A stretch of DNA of 64,000 nucleotides. It comes from Dipteris shenzhenensis (lineage: Eukaryota). Under the pieces are notes generated by a model. That model saw nothing but the letters and a program-made list of their open reading frames with translations. It made no database searches and had not been told where the DNA came from. Within the stretch, counting starts at the first letter, position 1. Every line of letters starts with the position of its first letter. The stretch lies in assembly GCA_047967505.1 (NCBI GenBank), contig CM106538.1; one strand, 5' to 3'. The translations under genes were made by a program, and so were the position numbers. This document shows positions 10,099-23,786 of the stretch, one piece after another.

Positions 10099-11880
10099 TT
10101 AGTCCAAAGGATGTGGAACTTGTGTCATGCCAATCGATCCTGCTGTAAAGCCTTCGCACCATACAATTTTTGGTCTGTAGTTAGGAAGCTTATCTCCTCT
10201 TAAGGAGGGGTAGACAGCTGTGAAAAGTAGTAGCACTTCAGTCAGGCTCCTATTTATTGTTGTGTTGAATTGGACTCCATCCAATGTTTCTAGTAGCATA
10301 GCTCCGATGGGATTCATCTTTCTTACTCGGTACGGTCCTTGACCTAGATACTTCAGTTTCCCCTTGTGTACTTGGGCATTGTATAACAAGGCCAAGTCAC
10401 CTTCCTTGATGTCTTTAGCTTAAAGATTTCTGTCAAACCATGTGTTTCTTCTACGTTTTTCAGTTGTTATGGCATGGTAGGCAACTAGTCTTGTTTCTGT
10501 ATGCTTCTGCAACTGATAGAGTCTTTCTATCAAGGATTCATGGTTTCCCATGCATAGGCTTGGTATTACAAATTCTAGTGGGACCACAGCTTCAAGGCCG
10601 TACACCAATTGAGAAGGTGTGTTCCCTGTACTGACCTTGAGTGTGGTTCTGTATGCCCATAAGGCTGCATTCCATTTCTCTACCCAATTAGAACGCTGTG
10701 GTTCTACTACCTTGGTGAGAATAATGCATATTATTTTGTTGGTGGATTCGACTTGTCAATTCCCTTGGAGGTAGTAGGGCATGCTTTTTCTATGGATTAC
10801 CATAAAGCTAGACAAGAGTTGTTGGATTACCTCATTGACAAAATGTATGCCTCTATCCGACACAATTTCAATGGGGCATCTGAATCAGGTGATCACATTT
10901 TCGTATAAGAATCTTGCTGTGCTTCTGGCATCTGCCTTTCTGACTGCTTTAGCTTTAGCCCATTTTGTAAAGTAATCAGTAGCCACAATGATGTAGCGTG
11001 CCTATGTTCCCTTTGCTGTTGCATGGATGGGAGCCACATAGTCAATCCCCCATTTTTCAAATGGTTTTTGTGCAACAACTTTTGTTAGGGGATTGAAGTC
11101 TTTGTGTTGTGGTTTAGTAGTCCGTTGGCATACATCACAGCCTTTTACATATTCATAGGCATCTACCCACGGTGTTGGCCACCAGTAGCCTGTGAGGAGA
11201 ACTTTTCTTGCTGTGGCTTCCCCTTGGAAGTGTCCTCCTGCAATGCCGTCGTGGACTTCACTCAGGATTGGCATGATCTCATGAGGCATCACACATCTTC
11301 TTAATACCTAGTCCTTGCCCATCTTGTACAGTTGTCCTGCAATGAGTTGATAAGGTGCAGCCTTTCGAATTAGTTTTCTAGCATCTATTGCTTTCATTTC
11401 AAGGGGTGGTCTTCCTGCCATTAAGTATCCAATGATATCTCCACACCACTCTGAAGCAGCATCTATTTGAAATAGTGTGGCATCTGGTAAGTCATCTTCA
11501 ACTCCAGTGGCTTCTTCTCCCGACTTGACACGAGACGTATGATTAGCAATGTAGTGTTGGGCATCTTTGCAAACTACTATTTTGAAGTTGAATTCTTGAA
11601 GCAAGAGGAGCCATCTGGTTATTCTTCCTGTTGTACAAGGACGGTTCACAAGATAAAACAATGCTTGATGGTCGCTGTAGAAGACAAAATCATTTGCCAG
11701 TAGATAGTGCCGAAATTTTTTTACACTATACACCATTGCTAGGGCTTCTCTTTCTGTGGTGGTATAGTTGATCTCTGCATCATTGAGTTGTCGACTGGCA
11801 AAGTAGAATGGGTAGTCTTTCTTATGTTCACCAGGTTGACAAAGCACACTCCCAATTGCATACTTGGATCCATCAGTATG
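10099..11880 (-). pseudogene. Gypsy RNase H (C-terminal part) and integrase, disrupted
   Basis: HTDGSKYAIG...NYTTTEREALAMV...SDHQAL (RH); H..GGH...CDVC zinc finger, PFEKWGIDYV core and GPY motif (KYLGQGPYRV); frameshifts. Confidence 0.9.
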
Positions 11881-12603
11881 TGTAAGAAATAATACAACGT
11901 TTGTGCTCAACAGATAACAGGATCTCACACGCAAGAGAGAAAACAAGATAGTATGGAGAATCAAAAATTTGATTACTATAGAACTGATATAATAGATAGC
12001 GTTGCCTCCCAACCGTGCGCTCCTGTGAAAGAAGCTTTGATGGCATGCTGGAAATAGTAGAAGACGGAGGCTAGATGCTAAGGAATCAGGGTTGCTGTAG
12101 CCAATGATAAAATGGGCTTCACGGGCTTGCTCTTATATAGCCACCACTCGTAGTCGGTTAGGCTCAATTGGGTGACCAACCCAGTCCGCCCAAAACGGTC
12201 GACTAGGGGTCAATAGGCCACCGACCATACGATAGAACCGGTGCGCAAAATAGAGCAACTAAACTACAGTCTCCGTTTGGCCCAGAGCCATTTGGGATCA
12301 TCTGAGGCTCCAAACGGGCCCCGCAACTTGAGAGTGGGCTACCCCAGGAAATGCTCCATCTACCCTCAGTGCGGTCAGTCAAGGGATGCCTTCCCGCACT
12401 TGCATTTAGCCTAGTTGGCGGTGTGCCAACTCTATCTAAAGCCGTCCAGCCATCAGGCCACACATGGCCCCCATCTGGTATCCAAACCAGGACCTACCGG
12501 ATAACCGAGCTACTCAAATGCCTTCTCCTCATGTGGGGGGCTTACAAGTCGAGTTAGCTAGTTCTCGTGTAGTTACATGAGAGTGGAGCATTGATATCTA
12601 ACA
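11881..12603 (-). repeat. 3' LTR of nested copia
   Basis: TGTAAG...CTAACA termini, adjacent PPT, colinear with 16705-17330. Confidence 0.93.
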
Positions 12604-12633
12604 CCCCCCCTCAATATCCACCCGCAAGTGAAC

Positions 12634-15600
12634 TTACTTTTTTGACCCAATGCCAAGTCGATGAAGATGCCTCTCCAGCAAGTCTCTTCCAAGAGCCTTC
12701 ATGAAGATATCTGCAGCATTCTCTGTAGTTGGACAGTACACCAAGTCGACCTCTCCATCCATGATGAGCTCACGTACAAAGTGATATTGAATCTCAATGT
12801 GTTTTATGCGAGCATGGAACACTGAGTTCTTTGCAATCGCCATGCAATCTGATTGTCACATGATAACTGCGTAGGCTTGTTCTGCGGCTTGTTCTGCACT
12901 GCACCCATGTCCCCCAAAATTCCTCCTCAACCACACTACCTCGCAAGAAGCAAAGCATGTAGATTTGTACTCGGCCTCGGTAGAAGAAAGAGCAACTGTG
13001 GGTTGCTTCTTGCTGACCCATGACAACTCTCCAGATCTAAGTGAGAAACAGTACCCTATCACTGATCTCCTGCTATCCACGTCTCCTGCCCAATCCGAGT
13101 CACAGAATCCAGTAAAGATGTTGCCCTTGGTATAAGTGATGCCATAATCAAGTGTGCCTTTGATGTATTTCAGCACCTGCATCCCTGCCCTCCAATGGTT
13201 CTCCCGGGGCTTATTGGAAAACCTGCTTAGTACACCAATCGCAAAACTGATGTCCGGTCGTGTGTTAAAAAGGTAAATCAAGCTGCCCACAAGCCTTTTG
13301 TACTTTGCTTCGTCCACCAGTGGTGATGAATCCTTGTTTGAGAGCTTTGCGTCAACCTCCATAGGGGTACCAACTGTCTTGCAATCAGCCATGCCAAATG
13401 CCTTCAGTATCTCTCCAGCATACTTTAGCTGTGAAATGAAGATCTGTTTTGGCTCCTGCCAAACTTCAATCCCCAAACAGAAATGCATCAGTCTGAGGTA
13501 TGTCATTTCAAACTCTCTTCCTAGCAAATGCTTCATCTGCGAGATCTTCTCTTCATGGTTCCCTGTTATGACAGGGTCGTCCACATAAAGGACCATGATC
13601 ATACACCTACCTCCTTCTCTGAATATATACAAATTTGCATCAGATGGGCTCCTCCTGAACCTGTTTTGTAGAAAGTAGGCATCAATTCGTTGGTACCACG
13701 CTCGTGGGGCCTATTTCAGCTCGTAAAGTGCCTTCTTCAGTTTGCAGACTTTACCTTTTAAACCAGGGATCTCAAAACCTAGTGGTTGTTCCACGTATAC
13801 CTCCTCCTTGAAATCTCCATTCAGAAAGGCGGATTTCACATCCATCTGAAACACGGGCCAACTTCCCTAGGCAGCTAAAGCCAAAACACTGCGAATTGTG
13901 GTTAGCCGAGTTGTGGGAGCAAAAGTATCTTGATAATCAAAACCATGTACCTATGCAAATCCTTTTGCCACAAGCCGAGCCTTGTACTTATCCAACATGC
14001 CGTCGGACTTGTACTTGGTCTTGTACACCCACTTGGTTCCGATTACCTTACGTTTTGGTGGTCGATCCACAAGATCCCAAGTGTTGTTCTTCATTATGGA
14101 GCCATACTCTGACTGCATAGCCTCCATCCACCTATCATCACCCTGTGCCTCTTCAAGACACTTGGGTTCATAAGCATGGATCACTTCTGTCATCAAAGCA
14201 TAGTTGACCAAGTGTTCCTGCGCCCTTCTTTGCTCCTCTAATCTCTTGGACCAGCGGTGTTCGGATGGTTCCTCCTCAATGGCTGGAGGTTCTCTGCCGT
14301 CCAAAAGCTACTTTACCCACTTCGGGAAATGCAGTTGCTGTTGTGGTTCTGTAGGCTCTTCTTCATCTTCTTTGTCTTGAATCCTCCCAAGCACCATTGG
14401 GGGAGTTCGGTCTGCTATTGGTGGCGGTACTGGATGGATATCCTGGTCCTGGTTGTCTGGGAAGGAAGCATCCTCCTCCAATTGATGTGGATGTTCTGAG
14501 AAGACCACATCGCGACTTACAATTACCTTCTTGGTAACAGGGTTATAGAGACGGTAACCCTTAGCCTCTTCACTGTAGCCTGAGAAAATACACTTCCAGC
14601 TCTTCGATTCCCATTTGGTCCTGGTAGCATCAGGGACATGCACAAAATAGTCACATCCAAAAACTCTAAAATGTGCAGCTGAAGGTTTCTTACCAGAAAA
14701 GGCTTGCAGTGGAGTCATCCCATTCACAGCCTTCATGTAGCTATGATTCAAGATGTAAACTGTAGTGTTACATGCTTCAGCCCAGAAAGTCTTTGGCAAA
14801 TCTTTCCCTTTCATCATACTCCGGCCCATTTCGCAGATGACGTGCATCTTGCATTCTGCTACTCCATTTTCCTGTAATGTATGTGGTGGGGGTTTCTGCC
14901 TCTTGATTCCGTGACTTTTGCAGTAACTTTCGAATTCAGTTGATGTGAACTCTCCACCTTTGTCTGATCTCAACTTCTTCACCTTCCTATTTCTTTCTCG
15001 ACCATTACATGCCATTCCTTGAACCTACTTAAAGCCTCGTCTTTAGTCTTCAGGAAGTATATCCATATCCTTCTATTGAAGTCGTCGATCAGTGTCATGA
15101 AGTAGTAGGAACCACCCAAAGCTTCCATCTCCATCTTTTCGCAGAGGTCCGTGTGAATGAGCTCTATAGGAGCCTTTGCCCTGCTGGCCTGTTTAGGAAA
15201 GGGATGCCGATGCTGCTTTCCCATCATGTGAGCTTCACATACATCAGGCAGATCTGAAATTTCTAGTAGGTCTTCAGTCATTCCACTTTTATGTATCTCC
15301 TTCAAAGAACTAAGGTTTAGATGACCAAACCTCTCATGCCACAGCTTAGTGTTCTTCACAATCCGCTCGAGCACTGAAAGCTGAGAGTTCGTAAATGTGC
15401 GCCATGTACCTTTACCAATGACCTTCCCTTGAAGATCAAGAATCTGTGCACCATTCTTATCAAATTGAACTTTGAGGTCCCGATCTGTGATCGCAGAAAT
15501 GGACAACAAGTTCCTCTTGATATCTGGCACATAAAAAACATCAGACAACTGTTTTACAACTCCATCTAACATGAGAGAAATCATACCTTTTCCATTTGTT

Positions 15601-16634
15601 GGACATTTTGCATCATTGCCGACTGCTACCAGGATGTCATTCCCTACCGGCTGTAGAGAGGTATACCAATCCTTCCGACTGGTCATGTGGTGCGATGCAC
15701 CACTGTCAATGATCCACGGTTCATCCGCATGTACATGAACTGCCTCCGTGCAAATCTCCTCAATTGCAACAAATAGCTCTACTGGTACTGCCTGCATGTT
15801 GTTGCTGGACTCTTTCTTTACTTCGTTCTTCTCATCTGCAATCTTCTTTTGGCACTTATTCTGCTTGTGCCCTGCCTTGTTGCAATAAAAGCACTTGATC
15901 TTCTTCTTTCTCTTTTTATCATCAGAAGAAGATGGGTTACCAGATTCCTTATCCTTACCTTTCTTTGATCCGGTCCAGAAGGCCGAATCTTCTCCAGTCC
16001 TCGTCTTTTGACGCATCTCCTTCTCCAGAAGCATCGTGCTGAAATCCTCAAAGTTGAGGGGTGGATTTCTATTCTGCATATTCAGTGCTGTAACAAGACC
16101 ATCGTACTTTGGTGGGGGAATCTGTATGCACCTTCGTGCTAGATTCTCATTGGTGATGGTGATTCCAATCGCAATCATCTGATCGCGCAGATTCTTCACC
16201 CTGGTGATGAACTTCTTTGTCGCTTCAGACTCAAACAACTTCTCATTCGCGAGTTGAGTCTCCAGATTCTGAATCTGCGTTTGATTCGTGGCCTCGTACT
16301 TATTTTTCAAGATCGTCCATGCCTCCTCCGATGTGGTGACATGTTGAATTAATGCCATGATGGAATCACTAACACTATAAATAATAGAACACAGCGCATC
16401 TGCATTTCTTCTTGTCCACACGAGAATCTCATCTGCAGTTGGTACTATCTATTGTCCTGCATTGGCTAGATCCGGTCTCGCAACTGGCCTCACATCCACC
16501 CCAATAGTAGTGTCCCAAAGCTCGTATGCGCTTAGGATGGTCTTCATCTTGAACTTCCAGAGTGGATAGTTAGAGCCGTCCAACTTTCCGCTTTCGCCGA
16601 ATGGTGGGATTCACAGTCTTGTGGGCTGGGCCAT
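12634..16634 (-). pseudogene. Copia gag-pol polyprotein, disrupted
   Basis: KLDGSNYPLWKFKMK gag start, CFYCNKAGHKQNKC knuckle, WIIDSGASHHM protease, LWHERFGHLN and LRSDKGGEF integrase, LYVDD RT, CDSDWAGD and STEAEY RNase H; several stops and frameshifts. Confidence 0.93.
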
Positions 16635-16692
16635 CTCTCACAATCTGCTCGCAAACAGAAACACACTACCAAATCTTCTTGCTAGAGTCCAG

Positions 16693-16704
16693 GCTCTGAT
16701 ACCA
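16693..16704 (-). promoter_or_regulatory. Primer-binding site complementary to tRNA-iMet
   Basis: Minus strand TGGTATCAGAGC directly after the copia 5' LTR. Confidence 0.92.
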
Positions 16705-17330
16705 TGTAAGAAAATAATACAACGTCTATGCTCAATAGATAACAAGATCTCGTATGCAAGAGAGAAAACAAGATAGTATGGAGAATCAAAAATTTGATTA
16801 CTGTAGGACTGTTACAATAGATGGCACTGCCTCCCAACCGTGTGCTCCTGTGAAAGAAGCTTTGATGGCATGCTGGAAACAGTAGAAGACGGAGGCTAGA
16901 TGCTAAGGAATTAGGGTTGCTGTAGCCAGTGATAAAATGGGCTTCACGGGCTTGCTCTTATAAAGCCACCAGTCATAATCGGTTAGGCTCAATTGGGTGA
17001 CCGTCCGCCCAGAGCCATTTGGGATCATCTGAGGCTCCAAACGGGCCCCGCAACCCGAGAGTGGGCTGCCCTAGGAAATGCTCCATCTACCCTCAGTGCG
17101 GTCAGTCAAGGGATGCCTTCCCGCACTTGCATGTAGCCTAGTTGGTGGTGTGCCAACTCTATTTGAAGTCGTCTAGCCATCAGGCCACACATGGCCCCCA
17201 TCTGGTGTCCAAACCAGGACCTACTGGATAACCGAGCTACTCAAATTCCTTCTCCTCATATGGGGGGCTTACAAGTAGAGTTAGCTGGTTCTCGCATAGT
17301 TACACGAGAGTGAAGCATTGATATCTAATA
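16705..17330 (-). repeat. 5' LTR of nested copia
   Basis: Colinear with 11881-12603 except for ~97 bp of net deletion. Confidence 0.93.
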
Positions 17331-20300
17331 GTGTGAACATGAAAATCAATATCCCAATTGGGAGATATAAGGATGGGTGGTGTGATTAGGCGCCACTTTA
17401 AAAGCTCAAAGGCTTGGTCACACTCTTCTGTCCATAAGAATTCCACTAATAATTTGTAAAGTGGTCTAGCTATCATGGCACACCATTAAAAAAAAAATCT
17501 TCTATAATAGCTGGCATGTCCCATAAAGACCTGTACACCTTTGGAATTTGTAGGAGGAGGCAATTCCATGATGATTTTGATTTTGTCCATGTCAGTTGTT
17601 GCAATCCCATGTTGAGAAATGATGTGTCCCAAAACAACTCCGTGGGTGACCATGAACTAGCATTTTGTTGGATTTAGGGAGATGCCATACTCCCTACATT
17701 TGATTAGTACTGGTTCAAGACATTTGAAGTGGTATTTTTTGTTTGAATGGATGCACAAATCATCAAATAACACCTATAAAAACTTATTTAGAAATGACTT
17801 AAACGCTGTGAACATGAGTCGTTGGAATGTGATCAGGGTATTACAAAGGCCGAATGGCATGATTCTATATGTAAAAATACCCCATTCTATAGCAAATGCT
17901 ATTTTTTATTAATCTTTAGGAGAAATTTGCACTTGGTTATAGCCACTGAAGCCATCCAAGAAGCTATATATTTCGGAGCCTACCACCTTTTCCAACATTG
18001 TTTCTGTTAAGGGTAGGGGATAGTGATCCCTAATTGTGGCGGCATTCACATTCTTTAAGTTTACGGATATTCTGAGCTTCTTGTTGCATTTAGGCACAAT
18101 GATGATGGGTGAAACCCAATCAGTGTGCTCTATCTCATAGATGAATCTGGCATCTAGGAGTTTTTCCAGCTCGTCTCATAAACCATGGTGCCATACTTAG
18201 GATTTGTGCAATAAGGTCTGCATACCTTAGGGTGAGCAACTTCCCTTATAGGTATCGTGTGTACTGCCACTTCTGGTGAAATTCCTTTCATCTCTTTGCA
18301 TGACCATGCTAGGCAGTCACGGTATTCCATTAGGTGTGCTTTGAGTTTGGTTTCATCTTCTTGTCGAAGCTGTTTCCTAATGAAAACCAATTTTTCTTCC
18401 TCCCCTTCAAGGGCGAGATTTATTATGCGTGTTTTTGCCAGTCCATCATAGATTGGAGTTTCTCCAATGCTATCGGTTTCTTGAACTTCAGATTCTCTTA
18501 GTGATCTTGACATTGCTATTGGCGCACTACAACTTGTGTAATTCTTGAAGTATTCTGGCACTTCTCGAAGATTAGCCTCTGATGGTGTTGAACTAGCCTG
18601 ACATGTGCCATGTGTACTAGGTGGCATAGTTTCATTTACCAATTTGTTAGGCTCTTTTTTACTTTCTTTTTCTAAAGTGTCTTGATCAAGCTTCATCCTC
18701 ACATGTGGCTTATATTTTTTAAACTTCTTTATGTGGGGAACTGTGGGGTAACTTTTCCACTGGTAAGGTGTTTCCAAGTAAGGGTTCATTTGTTGTGCAT
18801 ACTCCTTCCAGTTCCTCAAGGGACTATTCTAGAGGCATTGGATCTAATTTTGAGGGAGCTAGCTTTGTAAGATACAATTCAATAATCCTTGTTTGGACTC
18901 ATTCAAATTCATTGAAGTGTTCGACCTTGGCTTTTCTGCATTTTCTCCAGCTTTCTTGCGGGATCTTCTACTGTTATTCAACTTTGGAGGTTCAACTTTT
19001 GGGAGCTCGACTGCCATTAGGGCATGCAGAATGGCTAAGTCATTATCAAAGATTTGATCTTCAATTTTTGCGTTCTCAACCTTAGTTTCAAGGTCCCAAG
19101 GAAAATCTCAATCATCATTGGTATGGGTACCTTCTTTAGGTTCATTATCCCACTTGAGGTCAACCATAAAGAATGGCATCCCTAGATCGATTGGTTCTTC
19201 ATGTGTGAGTGGAGGATCTACCTGTAGCACCTTAGCATCTATCTGTGAGAAGATGGGGTATAATGAATGGCAGTTGTCGATGGTTGCCAATGTTTGTATC
19301 TAGTTATTGACATTGCTTTGTGAATCGCCCGCAATGGCATGCTGTTTTGCAAGGGAGCTGATTTGCTTGAGATTGTTGTTGAAGATGTGTCATCCAACGC
19401 TCTAGGCACAATTGGTTTTATAGCTCCTATTCCCACATTCACCTTGGATTTAGTGTCACAATTCTGGATTGTCAGTCTATCAGTTCCCCAGTCATGGAGG
19501 ACTGATGCTTCCCGTAACCAAGGACGTCCCAGTAAGATTTGATAGGATTTTTTTGGGAGATCCAAGATTGTGAATTGAAGGGAAAAGCAGACTCCTACGA
19601 CCTTTGTGGACACGCAATTCATTATTCCCAAGGGTTTAGCCCATGAATCATCGCGGCAAGGCATATGTTGAAATTAGCCTTTTGCAGTGGTGGGAGACCC
19701 CATTCTTCGTAGAGCTCCTTTGATAGGAAATTTACACCTGCTCCACCATCCACTATGGCTTGGACTTCATTATATGTTGTTCATAGGTGGAGAGGGATTT
19801 GTGTGTTCAATCCATCCTTTAAAACTCTCCCAGAGATTGGGACAATTCCGTAGGAGGATTCCGATGGGAATTGACACAGGGAAACTCAGGATGCTAGAGA
19901 GTGTGGCTCCTTCAAGTTGACATGGTGGTACATTATGTTGTGGAGTCTGTTGTTGGAACAGAGGCTCAAGTACAATATCAATACTTTGTGGGGCCAAGTC
20001 ATGGATTGGGACTTGAGCTAGTTTCTCAGCCTCAAATTGAGCTTGTTTCTCAACTTCAAATTGAGCTTGTTCCTTTTGTACCCATTGTTGAAGTGCCTGA
20101 AAACAAGCCTTCTCCAACTCTGCATTTGGGTATGGAGCTTCTTTTATTTGAGGCTCGGGAGTTGATGTGGACGAGCTCAACTACTCATTGCTTGGCAGAG
20201 TTGGAGGCACTTGTGATTTCTTTTTAAGAAGTTGCTTTGGTTGGATTGAAATGTTAGGGTCCTTGGTGGCCTCTTTCTATTGGCATGTAATTACATTTAC

Positions 20301-21660
20301 AGGTTGTGATATTACACTTACCGGACCTAGACTTTGATGGTCCACCCCAATGATGCCGATTGGGATGTCAGGCTTAACCTCTGTTCGTTATGGGACCTTA
20401 TTTTTCATGGGACAATCCATACATGCATGTCCTATGCCACAATCTCTACAGAGTGGTTGGAAAGTAGCGGGGCTACAATGATGAGGGTACTCTGCAATCT
20501 GGTGATTTTCTCCACAACCGTAGCACTTAATTGGTGCTTGATATGTGTTGGGATGTACTTGATTTGCACAGACTGATATTTGTCCCTTTGTGCCTTCTAC
20601 ATAGTACATTGGGTGCTCTGCTTCATACTCAAATGGCGAGTCTACTTCCTCGACTTACAACAGTTGATGTATTGGAACTGCTTGAGGATCTGGATTTGGT
20701 GCTCTTGGATATGGTCATGGATTCGGATTCCTGAGTAGTTGTGGGGCTTGTGTCCGAACAGGAACATGATTTAGCCTCAGAGTTGGGTGCACTTGTGCAA
20801 GTGCCGATTTCCTATACATTGGCATGGGTGCCACTTGGTATTGTTGAGGTCGAGGCGGGTTGTTGCACATGTTGAAGATGCAACTGTTTTTATCATGGCT
20901 ACCGATGATGCAAATATGGCACCACAACCTTGGTGGTGGATTTGCTTGTGCAGTGATCCTGGCTCTTAGGACCAGGCACTCATGATTGGCCATGCAGTGT
21001 GGACACCAGGCATTTTCTCGCCGTGGATATGTCTAAGTTAGCGGTTGAGACAAGTGAAGTTTTTGTTCCATGGCTTGCATCATGTCTTCTTTCAGCTTCA
21101 TGGTCATGGCCTCTAGGCAATCTTCATTTGATGTTTCGGCAGTGGACTTGGATTTGCCATTTTTTGAGCGCTTATCTCATGCACTAAATCTGCCATCATC
21201 GCTGCTAGTGTCAGAGTCAGTCATGCCATCCTTGATGTCAATGGCTGCCGCATGAGCAGTACTGAATATTTCATAGCTGCTAATCTTTTTCATATCCTTT
21301 TGGATTTCCTTTCTTAGTCCTGCAATGAACCAAGCCATGAGGTACTTTGCATCGAGGCATGGGTCACATTTGGCAATTATCTTTTCATCTTGCCCAGGTA
21401 CATGCATACATCTTCTCGATGGCCTTGTTTGATCTTGCTTAGTTGGAGAGTGGGATCATCTTGTAGCCTCTCTATTTGAAAGCATCTTTTAAATTATGTT
21501 TGAAGTAGGTCCCATGTGGCTCGCTCTTCCACTAGAAGGTCTAGGTACCATTCAAATGCTTCATCAGTTAAGGCCATGGGAAACCAAGCCACCTTGGTTG
21601 AGATGGTCACTTGAACGCTCTCTAAGTATTTCTCAATGTAACGGGATTTTTTGAGGACTA
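17331..21660 (-). pseudogene. Gypsy gag, protease, RT and start of RNase H, disrupted
   Basis: AWFIAGLRKEI gag; several Cys/His knuckles; YQILLGRPWL protease; DHYPLP...FLDGFSGYNQV RT; DFHVHT at the copia junction. Confidence 0.88.
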
Positions 21661-22303
21661 ATAGACGCTACGAGATGGGCTCGAAGTAACTCACCATTTG
21701 AGGATGGGAGTAGTGTGGTGGTCGATGGAGAGGGAGGAGTGTCTTGTGTAGGGCTCAGAATGGGGAAGAGGATGGAGGCAAGATGTGAAAGAAAAAGTAT
21801 GAGAGGGATGGGTGCACTTTTATAGGGAAGGAGGGGGAGCTATGGATTTAGTCAAACATATGTGCACCTTTGAATTTGTCCAAGTTTGAGTAGTCAAATA
21901 CATGTGCACCTTTGAATTTGTCCATGTTTGACTAGGGAGGTGGTTTTAATTTTTCTTTTGCGTTATGGCATTTAGAGCCTTTAATCATTGATTGCCCATA
22001 ACTTTTGGTGGTTGTGTCAGAATGTGTTTCCTTAAAAATGAGAAATGTTCAGAATTTCAAGCTCTACACTCTGACAACCATCACATGGTTTGATTTTTTT
22101 CTTAAGGTGCTTTTTTTCTAGAAAAACATGCATTTTCCTAAACCGGTAATGAAGAGTTTCAGCTAGGAATTATTTTTTTGTAAAACTTGAGTTGGAACAA
22201 TTTTAGCTCTCCTAACTCTTGAGTGATATGTTTATGAAAGTTCGAAGTAGTTTGTTTTTTACACACACCTGCGTATATTTACTCGTTACTTGAGATGCTA
22301 GTC

Positions 22304-22321
22304 TCCCCAGCAATGGCGCCA
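22304..22321 (-). promoter_or_regulatory. Primer-binding site, tRNA-Asp type
   Basis: Minus strand TGGCGCCATTGCTGGGGA, 2 nt from the LTR end; two mismatches to the Athila-type PBS TGGCGCCGTTGCCGGGGA. Confidence 0.82.
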
Positions 22322-22323
22322 AA

Positions 22324-23786
22324 TGTTGGCTCTTTCTCACAGCTTCCGTAGGAAGAGCAGAGTAATCTCAGTATATGCAGGGTTGGCTCTTTCCCATAGC
22401 TTCCGTAGGAAGAGCAGAGTAACCTATAAATATATAAGGGTTGTCATTTGTAGTATACAAGTAGCTTAGGACCCCGAATCGTATTCTGGTGAGAGATGTA
22501 GGCTTAAGTGTGGTAAGCAAACATAGTGCATGCATGTGTAAAAGGAACGTGTATCATCATGGTTGAGGTAATGAAGGCTTTCGTCTTCATTGGGGGTTGT
22601 AGGGTCTAGGAGGATTTTAAGGGTTAGAAGGAGGTTCCAGAGTTTAGAAGGAGGTTCCAAGGTTTACAGAGAGGTTCCAGGGTTTAGAAGAGGTTCCAGG
22701 GTTAGAAGGAGGTCCAAGGTTTAGAAGGAGGTTCGAAGATTTAGAGAGAGGTTCTAGAGTTTAGAAGGAGGTTCCAGAGTCTAGAAGGAGGTTCCAGAGT
22801 CTAGAAGAGGTTTCAAGGTTCAGGGTAGAGTACATGGTGGAGAACTCGTCTCTCTTGTAGATCATGGAGGTTAAGGGTTGAGGAACTAAGGGTTTAGGGG
22901 GAGCATAGGAGTGGGAGAGGAATAAGGTGTAAGAGCATGGGGGAAAGAAGAGAGAGGAGGGAGGAGGAAGAGGAGGAGGAGGAGGAGGAGAAGGAGGAGG
23001 GAGAAGGAGAAGGGAGGAGAAGAAGAGAGGAGGAGGGAGGAGGAGGAGGAGGAAGAGGGAGGAGGAGAAGGGAGGAGGAGAGGGAGAGGATGGATTGCAA
23101 GGTTGGAGCAGAGGGAGGAGGAGTTACAAGGTTAGGACATGCTCTTGGGCATGGAGTGCAAGGAATCATGGATACTTTGAGACAATTGCTTGGAATATCA
23201 AAGTAAAACTCAACACAATGCCCCAAAGAGTGTGGGCTTCATTCCATTATGGGGTATTTATACAAGTTGGAGAGCTTCTCTTTCTGCATGTAATAATTGT
23301 AAGACATTCTCTCTTTACATGTAGAACTTGCATATAGAAGTTGCATGTAGGAGTTGCAAGTTGCATGTAGGAGTTGCATGTTGCATGTAGGAGTTGCATG
23401 TAGAAGTCGCATGTAGAACATGCATGTAGGAATCGCATGTAGGACTTGCATGTAGGAGTTGCATGTAAGACTTGCATGTAGGACTTACATGTAGGAGTTG
23501 CAAGTAGAACTTGCATGTAGAGGTTGCATGTAGAGCTTGCATGTATAACTTGCATGTAGGAGTTGCAAGTAGGACTTGCATGTAGGACTTGCATGTAGGA
23601 GTTGCAAGTAGAAATTGCATGTAGGAGCTGCATGTAGAACTTGCATGTAGAACTTGCATGTAGAACATGCAAGTTGGATTTCTAAGAGGGATTATTTCTA
23701 GACTTATGCAAGTACAAGCGGAGCTTTGCTGCTACACTACACACACATTATGTCCTACCTAATTCCATGTTGGCATAGAGACACCA
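22324..23786 (-). repeat. 5' LTR of the gypsy element
   Basis: TG...CA termini, colinear with 8817-10022, with expanded internal minisatellites. Confidence 0.9.

Larger units (their letters stand above)
11881..17330 (-). mobile_element. Full-length Ty1/copia LTR retrotransposon nested in the gypsy RNase H
   Basis: LTRs 11881-12603 and 16705-17330; PBS TGGTATCAGAGC (tRNA-iMet) at 16693-16704; PPT at 12604-12612; TSD GTATG (11876-11880) / GTGTG (17331-17335). Interrupts the host FHVHT|DGS motif. Confidence 0.95.
8817..23786 (-). mobile_element. Full-length degenerate Ty3/gypsy LTR retrotransposon (non-chromovirus, Athila-like PBS)
   Basis: Paired LTRs 8817-10022 and 22324-23786; 5-bp TSD CATTC at 8812-8816 and 23787-23791; PBS at 22304-22321; domain order gag-PR-RT-RH-INT on the minus strand. 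Confidence 0.93.
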
